A stretch of 64,000 bases of DNA, taken from the NCBI RefSeq assembly GCF_009914755.1, contig NC_060941.1, one strand, 5' to 3'. A program made the position numbers and the translations under genes. The notes under the pieces are model-generated. The model searched no databases, was not told where the DNA came from, and saw nothing but the letters and a program-made list of their open reading frames with translations. This DNA is from the human T2T-CHM13v2.0 reference genome, Homo sapiens. This document shows positions 14,846 to 36,305 of the stretch, piece by piece (positions within the stretch are counted from its first letter, which is position 1; each line of letters begins with the position of its first letter).

Positions 14846-15201
14846 TAGCATTTTTTGTGACTTATTTATCTTGGTGACAGGCACAAAAAAGATGCTAATA
14901 AAAATGTTATTTGAATAAATAATTAGCTTCTACTATCAATTAATCACTGTGCAATAACTGTACAGAAGGAATATATGACATAAATCTTGACCACAAGTTA
15001 TGTTTAATCCAGATGATGAGGAAAGATTGATCCAAAACACTAAAATTAACTAAATCATATGCCCTAAAATGCTCAAATAAGTGGCACATAGGCAGGAAAA
15101 ATAAGATGGTATACTGAAAGGTGCTTTTCTAGAGCAAATTTTGGGGCAAAATTTTTAAAGTAATATAGATGTAGTTTACGCTTGGTGAAAAAAGATAAAC
15201 C

Positions 15202-15546
<345 letters not shown>

Positions 15547-16908
15547 TTAAATTCTCATCAAAATATTACTCTTGGCTCCTTCATCCACATCTATATTTAA
15601 ACGTACATTTATATCATCTATTTCTACACCCTCATTTTCATCTATAATTTTCTATAAAATATTCATTGTGTTTTTGGAAAAGCATCACAAAGTTTATTTT
15701 CTTTTAGTCATTGCCATGATTTCTTCTCCTGAAACATAAATAAGGAAACCTGCAGTTTGATTGATGACTACTAGACAATCTCAAATAAAATAACCCTTCA
15801 ATGGCTCCCATTCTCTATTTCTCCTTCTGATCCTTGATTGGGTGTTGTCTAAATCTAGTCTTCTATTTGCTGACTTACCATGCAGTGCTCTACCTTTCTC
15901 AGAAGCAGGAGCCCCATCCTGACAAGCCTTTCCCACAGGGATATTCCACTCTGCTTCAGACTCCCTGTCTTTCAAGTAGAGATGATTTTCATTTTTTTTC
16001 TCATACCATCTTCTTCAGTCTGTTTCAATGAAACCATGTGTGCTTGAAACCTGAGAATCATACTTGGCCCTTCCTAGTTCTTCCCACTCTATATCCAATT
16101 AATCATCAAAGACTATTAATGCCTGCTGTAGATTATATTTGACCAGTTATTTATTTTTACTTGTGTCTAGCTCCCTAGTTATAAAATGCAGATAACTATT
16201 GCCAACCTCACAAAGGAAACTGTGAAGAATAAAAGGCACAGACAGTCAGCTCTTCACCTTAGAGTAGAGAGTTCACATTCCTAAATAAGAGTCCTGATTC
16301 TGGAGTCTGCCTGAGGGTGGTTCTCTGGCTTTGGAGCAGTCACTTCTCTGTGTCTGATATAAAATAGGAGCATTTTATATCAGTAATTGCATGGGGTGGT
16401 GGTGACCATCAAGAAGGTAATCTATGGAAAGTGTGTGGAAGAATTCCTGGAAGTATGCAGAAAACGCAACCTTTAGGTAGATACGCACATTTTGCGTGCC
16501 TCACTTTGTCAAAGATGGAACCCTCATGGACTGTCCTAAGCACAGGTCTGAGGTGTTTGACCTCCACCTGCATTCACAAGGTCATGACTTTACACAAATA
16601 TATGGGTGTGGCTCCTTTTATGCTCTGGCCAGTAAGAGAGAGGTAGAGTTTAGGGCCTATGAATTTGTGTGAGATTACTGGAGCTGTACGTTAATAAAGA
16701 GACACATATTTAGAACCATTTAACCCCACTCCTTGCTTTAGATTTTTGTTTAAAGGAAAACATTTGGAATTTGCTGTGAGATAGTGAACCCTGGCTGATG
16801 TTGAACAAGCTTCTACTAGCCACTTTAAATGGACAAATCCATGTTACATGAAGTCAATTTTGAGCATAAAGGCTAATCTCCAGCTTCCTCAGGAACACTG
16901 AGACTTAC

Positions 16909-16995
16909 CCAAACACTAAACCAACTCATTGCATTATAGTTATGTCTCACACTGACTCTCTCACTCTTTCTCTGTCTTTCTTTTCATTCTTCAGC
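16909..16995 (-). pseudogene. Fossil exon (87 bp)
   Basis: cttatcttttag acceptor and TGG|gtaagt donor; AEE*KERQRK..FSVW resembles RGS22 SEQFAARQK..IGVW. Confidence 0.55.
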
Positions 16996-17305
16996 CTAAA
17001 AGATAAGTATCCATGTTAATTATCCAACCTATTTACTATTGTACTTCTGAGTGGTTTTTGGCCCTTTCCAAAAAACGTGTGTCACAGCCTTGGGGCCATG
17101 CCCACGAATAATCCAGAGAGGATATGACCAGAGGAAGCATAGTTTTTATAAGTGCACAGCTTCCCAAGTGTCCTGTGTTCAACATTTCTGAACTCATTTA
17201 TGTTTATATTATCCGAGATGTTTGATAAAAGAAATCAGAGTCATTACCTACACACATTGGGAGGAAAAAAACCCCCAAATTTCATTATCTTTGAATAAAA
17301 TCAAC

Positions 17306-17727
17306 CTATCTTTATCCTAGACAGCCATCTCCAAAACGCTTTTTTTTTTGGCTGATGATTATAGGCATGTTCACAAGGAAAATTTAAAAAAGCCCATTCA
17401 GCAGGAATGCCTACGTGGCTTGAGAAGGAAGAGGAATTCTTTAAAAAGCTCCCTAAAACAGCCAGTTCTCTATTGGACTCCCGAATCCTTTCTCCACTGT
17501 GAGTATCAGTTACAAATGCATCAGGAAGCCTAATGGTTTTACCATCTTCTCCTAGCACAAACATCCAACAATATCACAGGGAGAGCTATAGAGGCACACT
17601 GCAATCTGCAGTCCTTCCACTCTCCTGTGGCAAAGAGCCACCATTCTCCGAAGCAGCAGCACCTTCTCTGTCCCAAGATTTGGTCAGCAAACAGCCCTTC
17701 AGGCTCTGGATATGAGACTTGCCCACT
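17306..17727 (-). pseudogene. Candidate fossil exon
   Basis: Unique sequence; one frame of about 140 codons with only two stops, ending KKAFWRWLS. Confidence 0.45.
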
Positions 17728-20433
17728 CTTAGTTCCAAATGGCAAGGAGATGGCAATCATTAAAAAGAGATCATTACTAATAGCATATTTTTAAAACTCA
17801 GCCTGGTTTCCTTTTTTAGCCCTCATGAAAGAGTAATGTAAACCAGTCCTACTGCATTGGAACAACTTTTAAATAATGCCAGACACTCGCCAATAACAGC
17901 CCAAGAAAAAGGAAAAGTGTTGATTTAAGAAAACTATCCCCTTACACATGTTTTTTCTTCTTTTAGTATTTTGATGGGCATTTAGTAATTGTTATGTACC
18001 ACAAGCCAGTGAGCAAGACAGCCATAGTATCTGCTGTCAAAGAGCTTACAGTCTAGCGGGGTGAACAGAAGAAAAAACTATTAAGAGAGGGTAAGTGAGG
18101 GCTGTAAGAGCATGTGGAGAGGCATTTAATCCAGCTGTGGGAAGGTCAAGGATGGCTTGCTAGAGGAAGTGTAACCTAAATAGATACACCAAGGATGTAG
18201 GGAGAGTGCTAGAGAAGAAAGAATATTCCAGACACAGAGAAAACTTGTACAAAAATCTGAATGTGAGGCAGAGCAAACGCATTGGAAAAACTGGATTGCA
18301 GAAAGATGAAAGAAGGAACTGTCTTCTTCAGATAATATTAAAGCACCTTGAGCAATCTGGGGTCCGTGTGTGTCTAGGTTGGCAGGGGCTAAATAGAGGA
18401 GTGAACTTACCGGATTTGCCTTTTAGACAAAGCACTATGCGGAATGGATGAGAGGTTGTAGGACTGCAAGCGGGGATGCCAATGGCTGGCTGGTATCAAA
18501 ATCTAGACAAGGGGATGGTAATCTGAACTAAGGTAGCACTCATGGTGATGAGTAGACAAAGACAGAGTTCAAGGTGTCCAATAACACAGATGCTAACAAC
18601 CTTCCAGTTGCAAGAAGATCCTTCTATGGAGGTAGCCTCCCTGCTATTGATGGGGCTGCTGAGATCTATTAATAGGAGACATATTTGACTAGAGATGCAT
18701 TCCTGTGGATGGTGAAGCCAAATATCAGTTGATTGGGTTTGCTTTGTCACTTCCAAATGGGAGCACGTCCAAGTTAGGATGACTGGGATTTGGGAGATAC
18801 TACAGGCATTGAGCTTTTATCTTTCAGCCAATATGACAATTTTTTGACTACTGTAGCTTTAAAACAAGTCTTAAAGTTAGGTAGAATTAGGTCTTCAAGT
18901 CTGTTTTTCAAAGTTGTTTGGATTACTCTAGAGTCTTTGTGTTTCCTGTGGATTTTAGGATGAGTTTGTCAATGAAAAAAATACTGCTAGGAGCTAAAAT
19001 ATAATTGCATGATAGCAATTATGCCAAGATTAAGAAAATTTGCCTTTCACGTACCATTCTGAGGAAGTTATTTGAGGATTCACACCAGCAAAAACAGAGA
19101 AAGATCAGACAGGTAATTGTGGAATGCAGGAAACAGCCCTAGATTCCCCTGGCATCCACAAAGCCTGGAAAGCATCTGGTCTAGATTGTAGCAAGAGGTC
19201 AGAGGGGTGGATGGACGTCCCCAAAAGACAGTGAATTCCTTGCCTTAGTAGATGACATAATGAAAAGATTGGAATATTTTGAAGATATAATGGGGGCATA
19301 TTATGTTTTTGGAAATTAGAAAAAATGAAAGTGTTTAGAAACTCTTTCCTGCAAAGCAAGGGGAAGCTATACAGGAAATCTGTGGTTAGAGCATTAAACA
19401 ATCATTTAAAATGAAATTTTTAGAAAAACATTTGTTAGAGTATAAGTAAAAGAAATCTATTTCACCTTGATTCAGAAAATATTCTACTTTGTATAGTGCA
19501 GAGATTATCATATTGAAGCAGTAAAGGAAATGTAATGCCTGTACAAGACTGGGCTAAGCAGTAAGAATAACTACCAGAATAGGAGTCTTTGCTGCGTGCC
19601 ATGGGTTAATTATAGAATCCTCACAACAACCCCAAGAGATTCATATTATTTACCCTTTTTAGAAGTAAAGGACTGATGTAAAAAGAAGTTAACTGAGTTG
19701 TCCAAGATCATAAAGCTAGTAAGTAACAGAGCAAATTTCTTAAACATTGTTATGTGCTGTTTTTGTAAATACAGATATATTTATATATGAAATCTTTTCT
19801 GTACAGATAAATAATATTTCTGGTTTATGAAGTTTACAATCAACTTATAGATATGTCATTCTAGAACACAATGCTAATTCTATCAATCTTCGCAATGTAC
19901 GGATACTGATATTGTTAGTGGAAGTTGATAACTGGGATAAGGAAAGGTGGAAGATAGGGTAAGAAGAGTCATATTCCCATCGTACGTGGGGAATGTGTCT
20001 AAATTTAATAATGTCTAAATCTGACAAACCAGACATAGAAGTATAAGCATATTTTAAATTATAAATACAATCAATGAGAAAGCGTTAATAATTATGTAAC
20101 ACCAAAAGTAGAAAGCAAGGAATAGGGAAAGATGGGGATTGTGTAAGTAACTAAGTCTTCAGTTCATAATGGCAAAGTAATGATAGTGTCTAAAATGGAT
20201 GTCAAGCAATTTTTGTGTAAGCATATTCTATATCTCAGTGGTTCTTAACTCCTACAATGCATCAGAAGTACCTAGTGGGCATTAAAAATAATACCACTGC
20301 TTGAGTCCCACCTCCAGGGATCTGGATCAATGACTATCAGGAAAAGGCAAGTATGGGGAACTTCCAAAAACTTCCAGGTAATTTTTAATGTGAAGCCATA
20401 AAGGAGAACCTCTGATTTAAAAACAGGTAGATC

Positions 20434-20641
20434 CAGCCGGGCACGGTGGCTCACACCTGTAATCCCAGCACTTTGGGAGGCCAAGGCGGGCAGATCACGA
20501 GGTCAGGAGATCGAGACCATCTTGGCTAACATGGTGAAACACCGTCTCTACTAAAAATACAAAAATTTAGCCGGACGTGGTGGCGGGTGCCTGTAGTCCC
20601 AGCTACTTGGGAGGCTGAGACAGGAGAATGGCGTGAACCCT
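20434..20641 (+). mobile_element. Alu, 3'-truncated
   Basis: Ends abruptly at gtgaaccc. Confidence 0.9.
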
Positions 20642-20787
20642 GGAACACATTCTAAGTTTGTCAACCTAGAAATATTTCAAATTAAAATCACAAGTTTAAA
20701 TTAAATATTCAATTACCCAATTAAATTTGCAGTAATTGGGTGGCCACTTTAGTAAGCCAAGTTTTCTTAAACATAACGAGTTCATAA

Positions 20788-21382
<595 letters not shown>

Positions 21383-21433
21383 TCTAACTCTTCTCAGAGT
21401 TATGAGATACTTACCACTAAGGAGGATACTTAC

Positions 21434-21750
21434 CCTTCTGAGTAACTGATGTGAATTTAATCACAACTTCTAATGGGCGTAAGACATATAGAGCATTGCA
21501 TGCATTCAGGACAATTCTTTCTGCCAATTAAGGATACTATTATATTATCCCATGTATGATGTGGGGTTGCTTTCTCAGCACACTTGGGGTTGCAAAAAGA
21601 AAAATTTCAGACAGGATGCTAACAGAATTCTTGTCAGCAACTTTGATGTGATGTATTAAACCCTATTGATAATTGTTATGTCAATGGCTCTGTAACTCAA
21701 AGGAGGTTTTCACATGCTCCAAGACCTCTAAATTCATGTCTCATACATTA
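21434..21750 (-). pseudogene. Candidate fossil exon
   Basis: GG|gtaagt donor; KNSVSILSEI..LAERIVLNACNALYVLRPLEV; 5' end uncertain. Confidence 0.4.
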
Positions 21751-22248
21751 CCTAATTCCTTTTTCTACTCATAGACATCTGTAACTTGAACTTAGGTTGA
21801 TTACCTCATTAGATTTCTGTTTCCTTGGATCTTAAATTATGCAGGTATATTTTCTGCCTACTTCTAAACATGTTTGAACTTGATGGAAGGCTGCATTGTC
21901 TCATCATCCTAGACCACCCAACTATTATACATATTAAAATAATAACCAATTACATTTTCAGTATCTCACATAGCTACCAGGTCCTTCTATTAACAATTTG
22001 TACAATAAGAACTTAAATAAAAACATAAACAGGAATGTAGACATTAGTCTAAGGGACCCTGCTGTGATTAGTTTCACATCTTTTCATAGGAATTAAGCTG
22101 CACCGATGTTGTTTATTTTCTGCTTTATAGGTGAATACGTTTGTATGTAAAAGTTAGATAACATATCCCAAAACGTGTAGATCATAAGTAGCAGAATTAA
22201 GACCTAAACCCAGTTCTGATTACAAGTGTACTATATATTCTATTGTAC

Positions 22249-23063
<815 letters not shown>

Positions 23064-23176
23064 CTGAAAAGCAAAGTGTCATTTTATGGATGTGATTTTT
23101 AAGTTTTTCTTACCCTTCTTTTTTAAAGCGGTGGAACTATTTCTTTACATTAAATCTTGTTTAGAAAGCCAATATT

Positions 23177-23614
<438 letters not shown>

Positions 23615-23754
23615 CTAGTTTAAATACAAATTAGAGATCTGATTCCTTTCCCCTCTGTCTTCCACTCTTATGCATTTCCTCAACACCCACAATTGTCCGT
23701 GAAGTAGGGTTTAAATTACACTTTCAGAGAAAGAGCATGATGTTCTAAGCACAC

Positions 23755-23881
23755 CGCTTCTCCAGAAAACACCTAAGGTGATCACTTCTTAGAAGCCTTC
23801 TGTCTGCTCTAAGGAGAGGAAGCTTGAGCATGGTATCTATAGAGGTAAATGTCATTCTGACTCCTTCTCCATCATCTAATA
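23755..23881 (-). pseudogene. Fossil exon, still open
   Basis: cttttgtttctag acceptor; open frame LDDGEGVRMTFTSIDTMLKLPLLRADRRLLRSDHLRCFLEKR; phase matches the next exon. Confidence 0.65.
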
Positions 23882-24240
23882 CTAGAAACAAAAGCATCAT
23901 TGTTCCAGCCGTACAGAAGGCTTATGTGATGTTTGCCAGATGCAGCACATCTCTACCACTTTGTGTAAGACAAATATGTATTTGTCAAAGAATAATTGCT
24001 AAGTGTGACTGGTAGAGTCAAGTGCCTGTGGGAGAAATTTTCCCTCCCTTCTGTTTCACTTCTAATCCCAGATGTGATTTTTGCAAGTTAAGGGGGTTTA
24101 TCAGAATAAAGCTTTCCCTTGAAAGGGGGTTAGTCTAGTTACTCCCTAATTCTGCTTTTCTCACCAAATCTTAACTGGCTATTAGGCAGCAGGCAGAGAA
24201 ATAATGAAAAAGGAAGAAAATGTGTCCAGGCCAACCTTAC

Positions 24241-24462
24241 CAGTTAACCGTGGCCTTGGGGAGACCCAGACTCCACAATGCTTGAATGCTCAATGCACAT
24301 GTAATTTATAGTACAGTTATTGATTGCTTCTGCTACCTCAGAATTATGGAAACATTCTTGGAAGTCATCAAGCAAAAAGGTAGAGACTACTATTATAGCG
24401 CTTACACTATCCAATAGTTTGTGGTTTTCCTTTCACATAAACTTGGGAGTTGAAACCCAAGG
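24241..24462 (-). pseudogene. Fossil exon
   Basis: ttcccacttag acceptor, CTG|gtaagg donor; about 60 open codons including LLDSVSAIIVVSTFLLDDFQECFHNSE. Confidence 0.55.
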
Positions 24463-24613
24463 CTAAGTGGGAATTACAGCCATAAAAAACATGGGCATCT
24501 ATTTTATTCCCTCAAACCACATTGAAGAACTTTGACTATATTATCCACCCTAAAGTCCACCCCACAAAAAATTTCAACCCCAAATCCCCTTAAAGATTAA
24601 CAAGCTGACAAAC

Positions 24614-25112
24614 CTTGCTAATGTCAGAGAGAGGAAAACAGCTCCCTGCTAACTGCCGGAAATGGACTCCAGACTTCCTCTTTCTTCAGCTGAGGACACT
24701 ATGTAACTGTTCAGAAATGTGAAGGTTTCTTAAAGCATGATGACTATTACAGGACTGAGACAGAGGCTCCTCCTGGAGCCAGGTAGCCACATACAGCCAA
24801 TGAATCAGACCCCAGTCTGGCCTGATGTTCAACAAGGAGATGATTTATAATGGGATACAGGGACAGCCGGCAGATACACCTCAGAAGTTGGATAATCCAG
24901 ACCAGCTGAGCGTAGATTGTGACATTTCTGTCTCTGTCCACGTCATTTTCTTTCTGCAGCACGTGAGGAGAGCAGGTCTTTGAGAGGGCAGCTTACAGAC
25001 ATGCAGCACATAAAGATTCAGGCTTATCAAGAACTGGTTCAACTATACGTCCTTCTGAAACCAATGTCAGCCTGGAGGAAATATCCCAGCAGAAATTAGA
25101 CTCCATGGAATT
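24614..25112 (-). pseudogene. Fossil exon
   Basis: tttttacaatttccag acceptor, AAG|gtttgt donor. LAVCGYLAPGG, then LHSVLS*RKRKSGVHFRQLAG, resembles RGSL1 FLSVLLNNKKNGNAIFRHLLG. Confidence 0.7.
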
Positions 25113-25689
25113 CTGGAAATTGTAAAAATGTCACAATATATAGAAAGACTATTTTTTCCTTTCTGTATTTTTGGGGGGTGGATGGCTGAGTTTATAGAAA
25201 ATCAATCTTTATTTCAAAAGGTTATTAGTTTTATAATGTATAACATACTCTGAGCCATAATCATTATATTATTTTGGGTCTGTAGATATGTAATATTATA
25301 TCTTAATTACCTACCTTGTATAAACACTATATTTACTAACATAGCAATACACTAGGTGTATGATATTATTACTTCAATAAACGTGTTTAAATAATATACA
25401 AATGTAACTCTGAAATACATGAAGCCTATGGACTGAAATATAATATAAAGGACAATGTTCACAAAATAGTAAAACATACATATCACATTTTCAAAAATAT
25501 CTCTAGACCTTTCTCTATAGAAAAAAAAACGAAATTTTATTGTGATCTTATTTCCAGTACCTTAACTGAATCTAAACCCATGAAGCTGAGTAAACATGAG
25601 CCAACCAGTTTTAGCCAGGAATCTCCACTGTATTTTCTTCTTCCTTATTCTTTTCTACCCTCCTCTTTCCCCTTCCTAAAAAGAAAGAA

Positions 25690-26576
25690 AAGTAACTTTT
25701 TCCTCCTATACTCACACATTTCTGACACCAAATGTGTGGGATTATTTCCCCCCCCCACACACACCCATCAATTATCCAGTTCTCAACATTTGCTGACTGG
25801 GTGTCCTCTAATTTGATTCAATTCTGACACTTTTTACCTGAGGTTAGCATCAGATTCCACAAGTTAAGGGCTCAGGCAGCCCCACAACACTATGCCCACT
25901 GCCTTCAGACGCCAGTCACAAGTCCAGGTTGCCACCTGTGGTTCTGAACCACTAGTTATAAATCAGAGGTTCCCCTGAGCCCCTGTTCAGATTTGGTGAT
26001 TTGCTAGAGCAGTTCATGGAGCTCAGGAAAACAGTTTACTACTAGGTTGCAGATTTATAATAAAAGGATACAACTCAGGAACAGCAGGCGGAAAAGACGG
26101 TGGAGGCAACGGAGCTTCCACACCCTCTCCAGGGGTGCCACTCTCCCAGCTCCTCCACATGGCCACCAACTCGGAAGCTCTCCAAAGCCCTTCAGTTACT
26201 GGTTTCTTGTGGAGGCATTATGACGTAGGCAGGACCAATTGTTAACTCGGTTTCCAGCCTGTCTTCCCTTCTTGGATGATGAAGAATGCGTCTGAAAATT
26301 CCAAGTTTCTAATCAAAGTTTGGTCTTTCTGGTGACCTGACCCCATCTTGAGGCTACTGAGGAACCCAGCAAGCATCACCTCATTAGAACAAAAGATACT
26401 GCTGTCACTCAAGGAACTGCGAGGGATTTAGGAGTTACGTGTGAGAAACCGTGATCAAAGACCAAGTATTAGAACAAAAGATGCTCCTACCATCACTTAG
26501 GAAATTACAAGTCTCTGGGGAGCTCTGTGCCGGGAACTAGGGACAGAAGCCAATGTATATTTCTCATGATATCACA
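25690..26576 (-). mobile_element. MER21-like LTR
   Basis: tctgacaccaaatgtgtggg..ctgggtgtcct..; ends atatttctcatgatatcaca. Confidence 0.75.
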
Positions 26577-26750
26577 ATGTCACACTCTTGTTTACTGCCA
26601 GCTCTCTAGCAGAACACATATTGCCCTAAAGTAGCTTATAATTTCCATCCCATTGCTACTCTATACTTTTGGAAAATGCTCTCTAAATAGCTTCGTCTTG
26701 GTTTTTGCTTTTTTGATAAGTTGTCAAGACTAGATTAATATCTAAATTAA

Positions 26751-27040
26751 TTTTTTTTTTGAGATGGAGTTTCACTCTTGTTGCCCAGGCTGAAGTGCAA
26801 TGGCACGATTCTCAGCTCACTGCAAACTCTGCCTCCCAGGTTGAAGCGATTCTCCTGCCTCAGCCTCCCAAGTAGCTGGGATTAAAGGCCCCTGCCACTA
26901 GGCCCAGCTAATTTTTTTTGTATTTTTAGTAGAGACGGGATTTCACTGTGTTGGCCAGTTGGTCTCCATCTCCTGATCTCGTGATCCTCCCGTCTTGGCC
27001 TCCCAAAGTGATGGGATTACATGAGCCACCGCGCCCGGCC
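26751..27040 (-). mobile_element. Alu
   Basis: TSD tctaaattaa. Confidence 0.95.
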
Positions 27041-27099
27041 TCTAAATTAAATTTTTATAATTAACATTATGTTTTAAAGTTCACAGGGAGAATTGAAAA

Positions 27100-32110
<5,011 letters not shown>

Positions 32111-32570
32111 TGACTTTGTTAATATTTGTGTATCCTTCATTTTCCTTAAAGCAACCTATCAAAACTCTCTTCTCCAATTTCCTTAACCCATCACCTTTTC
32201 CTCCCCACTCTGCTTGTGTTTTTGCGAAGGATTGAAACACGAAAACTCTGTGGTCTTTTCTCACTCTTTTCTGGAGTTCTAACAGAAGAAAAGAATTCTG
32301 ATACTAGCCTGATTTTTACTTCCTTGAGTTTGGATTTTTTTGCTACCTGGACATATTTATAGCAAATTCCTTAAACTCTAAAATATAATCAACATAAGTT
32401 TGGATTTTAGTCTTGTTTCTTAAGAATTAACATGATGTCTTTCTTTGATTTAGGAAAAATTTTACTTTTTCATTTGAGGCGAACATGAAAACTCTCTACA
32501 TGTGAAATGCCTGCATGCCTGGGCAGGCTCTGGGATGAGGAAGGTGGTTTCCTCTTAAGAGATGAATACA

Positions 32571-32847
32571 GGCCGGGCGCGGTGGTTCACGCCTGTAAAC
32601 CCAGCACTTTGGGAGCCCGAGGCGGGCAGATCACCTAAGGTCAGGAGTTCGAGACTAGCCTGACCAACATGGCGAAACCCTGTCTCTACTAAAAATACAA
32701 AAATTAGGTCGTGGTGGTGGGCGCCTGTAATCTCAACTACTCAGGAGGCTGAGGCAGGAGAATTGCTTGAATCTGGGAGGCAGAGGTTGCAGTGAGCTGA
32801 GATCACACTATTGCACTCCAGCCTGGCGACAGAGCGAAACTCCGTCT

Positions 32848-32878
<31 letters not shown>
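32571..32878 (+). mobile_element. Alu (S-type)
   Basis: TSD aaga(g/a)atgaataca. Confidence 0.95.
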
Positions 32879-32880
<2 letters not shown>

Positions 32881-32939
32881 AAAGAAAAGAAATGAATACA
32901 AAGACTGGGAGAGAAGCATATTTTCCATATTTTGTCCTT

Positions 32940-33690
32940 AGCCCCAGTAAGTTTTCAAGTGGGTCCTCAACAACAGCCATTCCTTCTGAAAACCCTGATG
33001 AAGGCAAAGGAGCCACCGCTGACATCATCAAGGCTGAATTTACCCAAACTGGAGCTGATAACCGTGGCTAAAATTAGCGTGGCTGTGAATGAGACGCCAC
33101 TTATGAAAGACAAAATCAGTAAGTGGCCCTCGAGCTAAGACTTCGTGGTTGGTATTTTGGTCTCATGATAACAGCTGATTCAACATCAGTATAAAACTTG
33201 GGTTGAGAATTGGTGAAGAGGCATGTATTTCCACTCCCACCAGACATTGTGGAGACACGGAGATGCTGGGGATTGGCCAGAATGGCCGTGTGTGTTAAGT
33301 GTGAGCTTGTGAGTAGATGCTTGGGTACTGCTGAGCCCCTGAGTGTCTGAATCCCCAGAACACACTCCTGAGGCCATCTCCCCATGTCCACTCCCAAGGT
33401 GCTGATCCAGTCCCCAAAGGTCAGGAAGCCACCTGCACTCCCAGCTTGGAAAGGAGAGTGATGCTGGCAGAAGACAATGAAGATTGGGAAGGGTTGGCTG
33501 GTTTCTATTCAGTTACATGTTGCAAGATCACTCTGGAAGGGAGGCGAGTACATGAGTAAGAGTGAGTAGGAGTCTTTGTTATGTAAATGGTGTAATATTT
33601 GCTCCACAACCTCAGAACAGATAGATCATTCGCGACTCCTCCAGTGTGGGAAGATCAGAGTATCAGAATCTCAGATTACTCAAAGCACGT
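32940..33690 (-). pseudogene. Large fossil exon with two tandem RGS-like repeats
   Basis: RALSN..VANDL..; PSQSSLSSASITLLSKL(+1)ECRWLPDL; TAILANPQHLRV (RGSL1 TEVLLNTQHLEF); KFYTDVE; APVWVN; GFSEGMAVV..LKTYW. Confidence 0.8.
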
Positions 33691-34203
33691 CTGGAAGGTT
33701 TTACTGCATGGGTCTATGACCCTGGCAGATGCCCTGTCTGGATTTGGGTCCTGGGTCTTCCTCTATGTGGTCTGGGCAGATCGGTCAGTTTCTTCAACCA
33801 TAGAGTAGGGACAGTCATCTTTGTCCTGCCCACACAGGGATGTCCTGAGGCTCACACAATAGACAGAATGTGAGCATGTGTGAGGAAAGCTGGCACTGCA
33901 GACACAGCTGTCCACCATTGAGAGACAAGGTGAGGCAGCATCCAGGAAACAGCTCCGGACTCTGACACCAGCATGATTATCCCTGCTTTGGCCCTCAGCA
34001 GGTGTGAACTGGGAAAGTTGCTTAATCGCTGTGCCTCAGTTTCCTGGGAAAGGGACACTATCCATCCCTAAAATTTTATTGAGAACCTGGTACATGGAGG
34101 CCTAATTTCTCTGTGCCTGGCATATGGCAAGTGTAATTAAACAGGCCCTATTAACCTGGAGCTGTTAACCCGCCCTAGAAGGTTCCTGCATCTATTGAAC
34201 AAC

Positions 34204-34339
34204 CTGAACTTTCAGAAATTCCTAGATCTTTCCAAATTAATTGGAAGAAAGACACAGAACTGCCTTCTGGCCTCCTGTGAAATATATGTCTCCACAGAGT
34301 CCTCCTTATTTTCCATTTCTTAAGGCATTCCATGGCTTG
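34204..34339 (-). pseudogene. Fossil exon
   Basis: LWRHIFHRRPEGSSVSFFQLIWKD resembles RGSL1 LDRSVFHGAIMSVFPVVMYFWKR. Confidence 0.5.
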
Positions 34340-34559
34340 CTTATCATGGATAGTGGGTTTTAAAACTAAAAGGGATATTTTGGTTCCTCCAACCCAAATC
34401 CATCCCTTTGTAGAGAAGGAAATTGAGTCAGAATGTTCAGACAACTTGACTACAGACATATAACTAAGTTTCATGCTGGAGCCAGGCTTTCTCACCCTGA
34501 GGCTAGTGTTCTTTCCGTTAAAGCTTAACATGTTTCAATGATATTCACAGGACTTAAGT

Positions 34560-34943
34560 GCCCTTAACATCTAGCAAAGACTGGACCGAACCCCCTTTCT
34601 CACGACTTGTGGAAAGTCCCTAAGGTTTCTGAGGATTTCCCAAGAGCTTGGATTCTTATTTCTCCGTGAATTGGCGTCCTCTATGAATGCGCTTCCCGTC
34701 TTGCATTGTGCTGACCTTATTCCATGCTGGGCTGACCTTTTCTGCTTCATTTCAGTTTCAAATTCAGTTTCTTTTCAGTCTCCAATTCAGCTGCACGCTC
34801 TCCTGTCTGACTTCTCTCTTTGCTCCAGGCCTTCCTCCTTCCTTTCCCATCCTCCTTTCATGATGCTTTGTGTGTTACCAGATACCAACCCTGGTCTTTC
34901 AGTCCCTCAAATTACTCTCAGACTAAGTTGTTGTGTGGCAGCC
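34560..34943 (-). pseudogene. Candidate fossil exon (charged linker)
   Basis: ccttttttaaag acceptor; E/K/R-rich translation (ERAAELETEKKLNLKLK); 3' end approximate. Confidence 0.4.
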
Positions 34944-35680
34944 CTTTAAAAAAGGATTCGGTTTAACAGGCATTAGTTAAGAAAAGCAAAAACAAACAAA
35001 ATAATTCTCACTTTCTCATATGGAGCAATTCAACTGCTAAACGCAGTTCTGGGCCACCTCCCTTTGGCACTCTAGCTTAGAATTCACCACTTAATTAGAT
35101 TAAGCTTACAGACCAAGAACTCTTTTTTGCTGTGTGATGCAATATGTCTACCACAGCCCCTGAATCATAATTTAGTTGTTTAGCAATTCTACCTGCAAGA
35201 CAGTTTCTTAATAGTCCTGGTAGAAAGCCACCTGAGAAGACTGATTATCCTAACTTGAGACAAATGTTCATTCCTGGACTAAAATTTATGGCCAGAGGTG
35301 GGGTTTACTCTGCCCAGGCCAGTGCAGCAGGCCCAGGCCTGCAATGGTGGCACTGTGGTTTGCAATCATCCATCCTAGCCATGAGAAAGTGCTCCCTACT
35401 GGGAAGAGGACTTCTGGCATCAGAAGTGGGGAAGGAGTGCTGGACCAGTAAGAGTGATATCCATCTTGGACACGAACAATAAGGCAAGGGGTCGCTCTGA
35501 CTAAGCCATTTTTCCACATCGCCACTGTGTTAATCTCCCCGAGTACTGCACTTCTGAATTTCTCCCATATTCAAAAACTTTCAAGACTTCCCTTTGCTCA
35601 GTGATAAATCTGGTTCATTGAGTTGAGGAGAATTATTCAAGGTCATCTACAACTTGCCTCCAGCTTACCTTTAATTTTAG

Positions 35681-36305
<625 letters not shown>

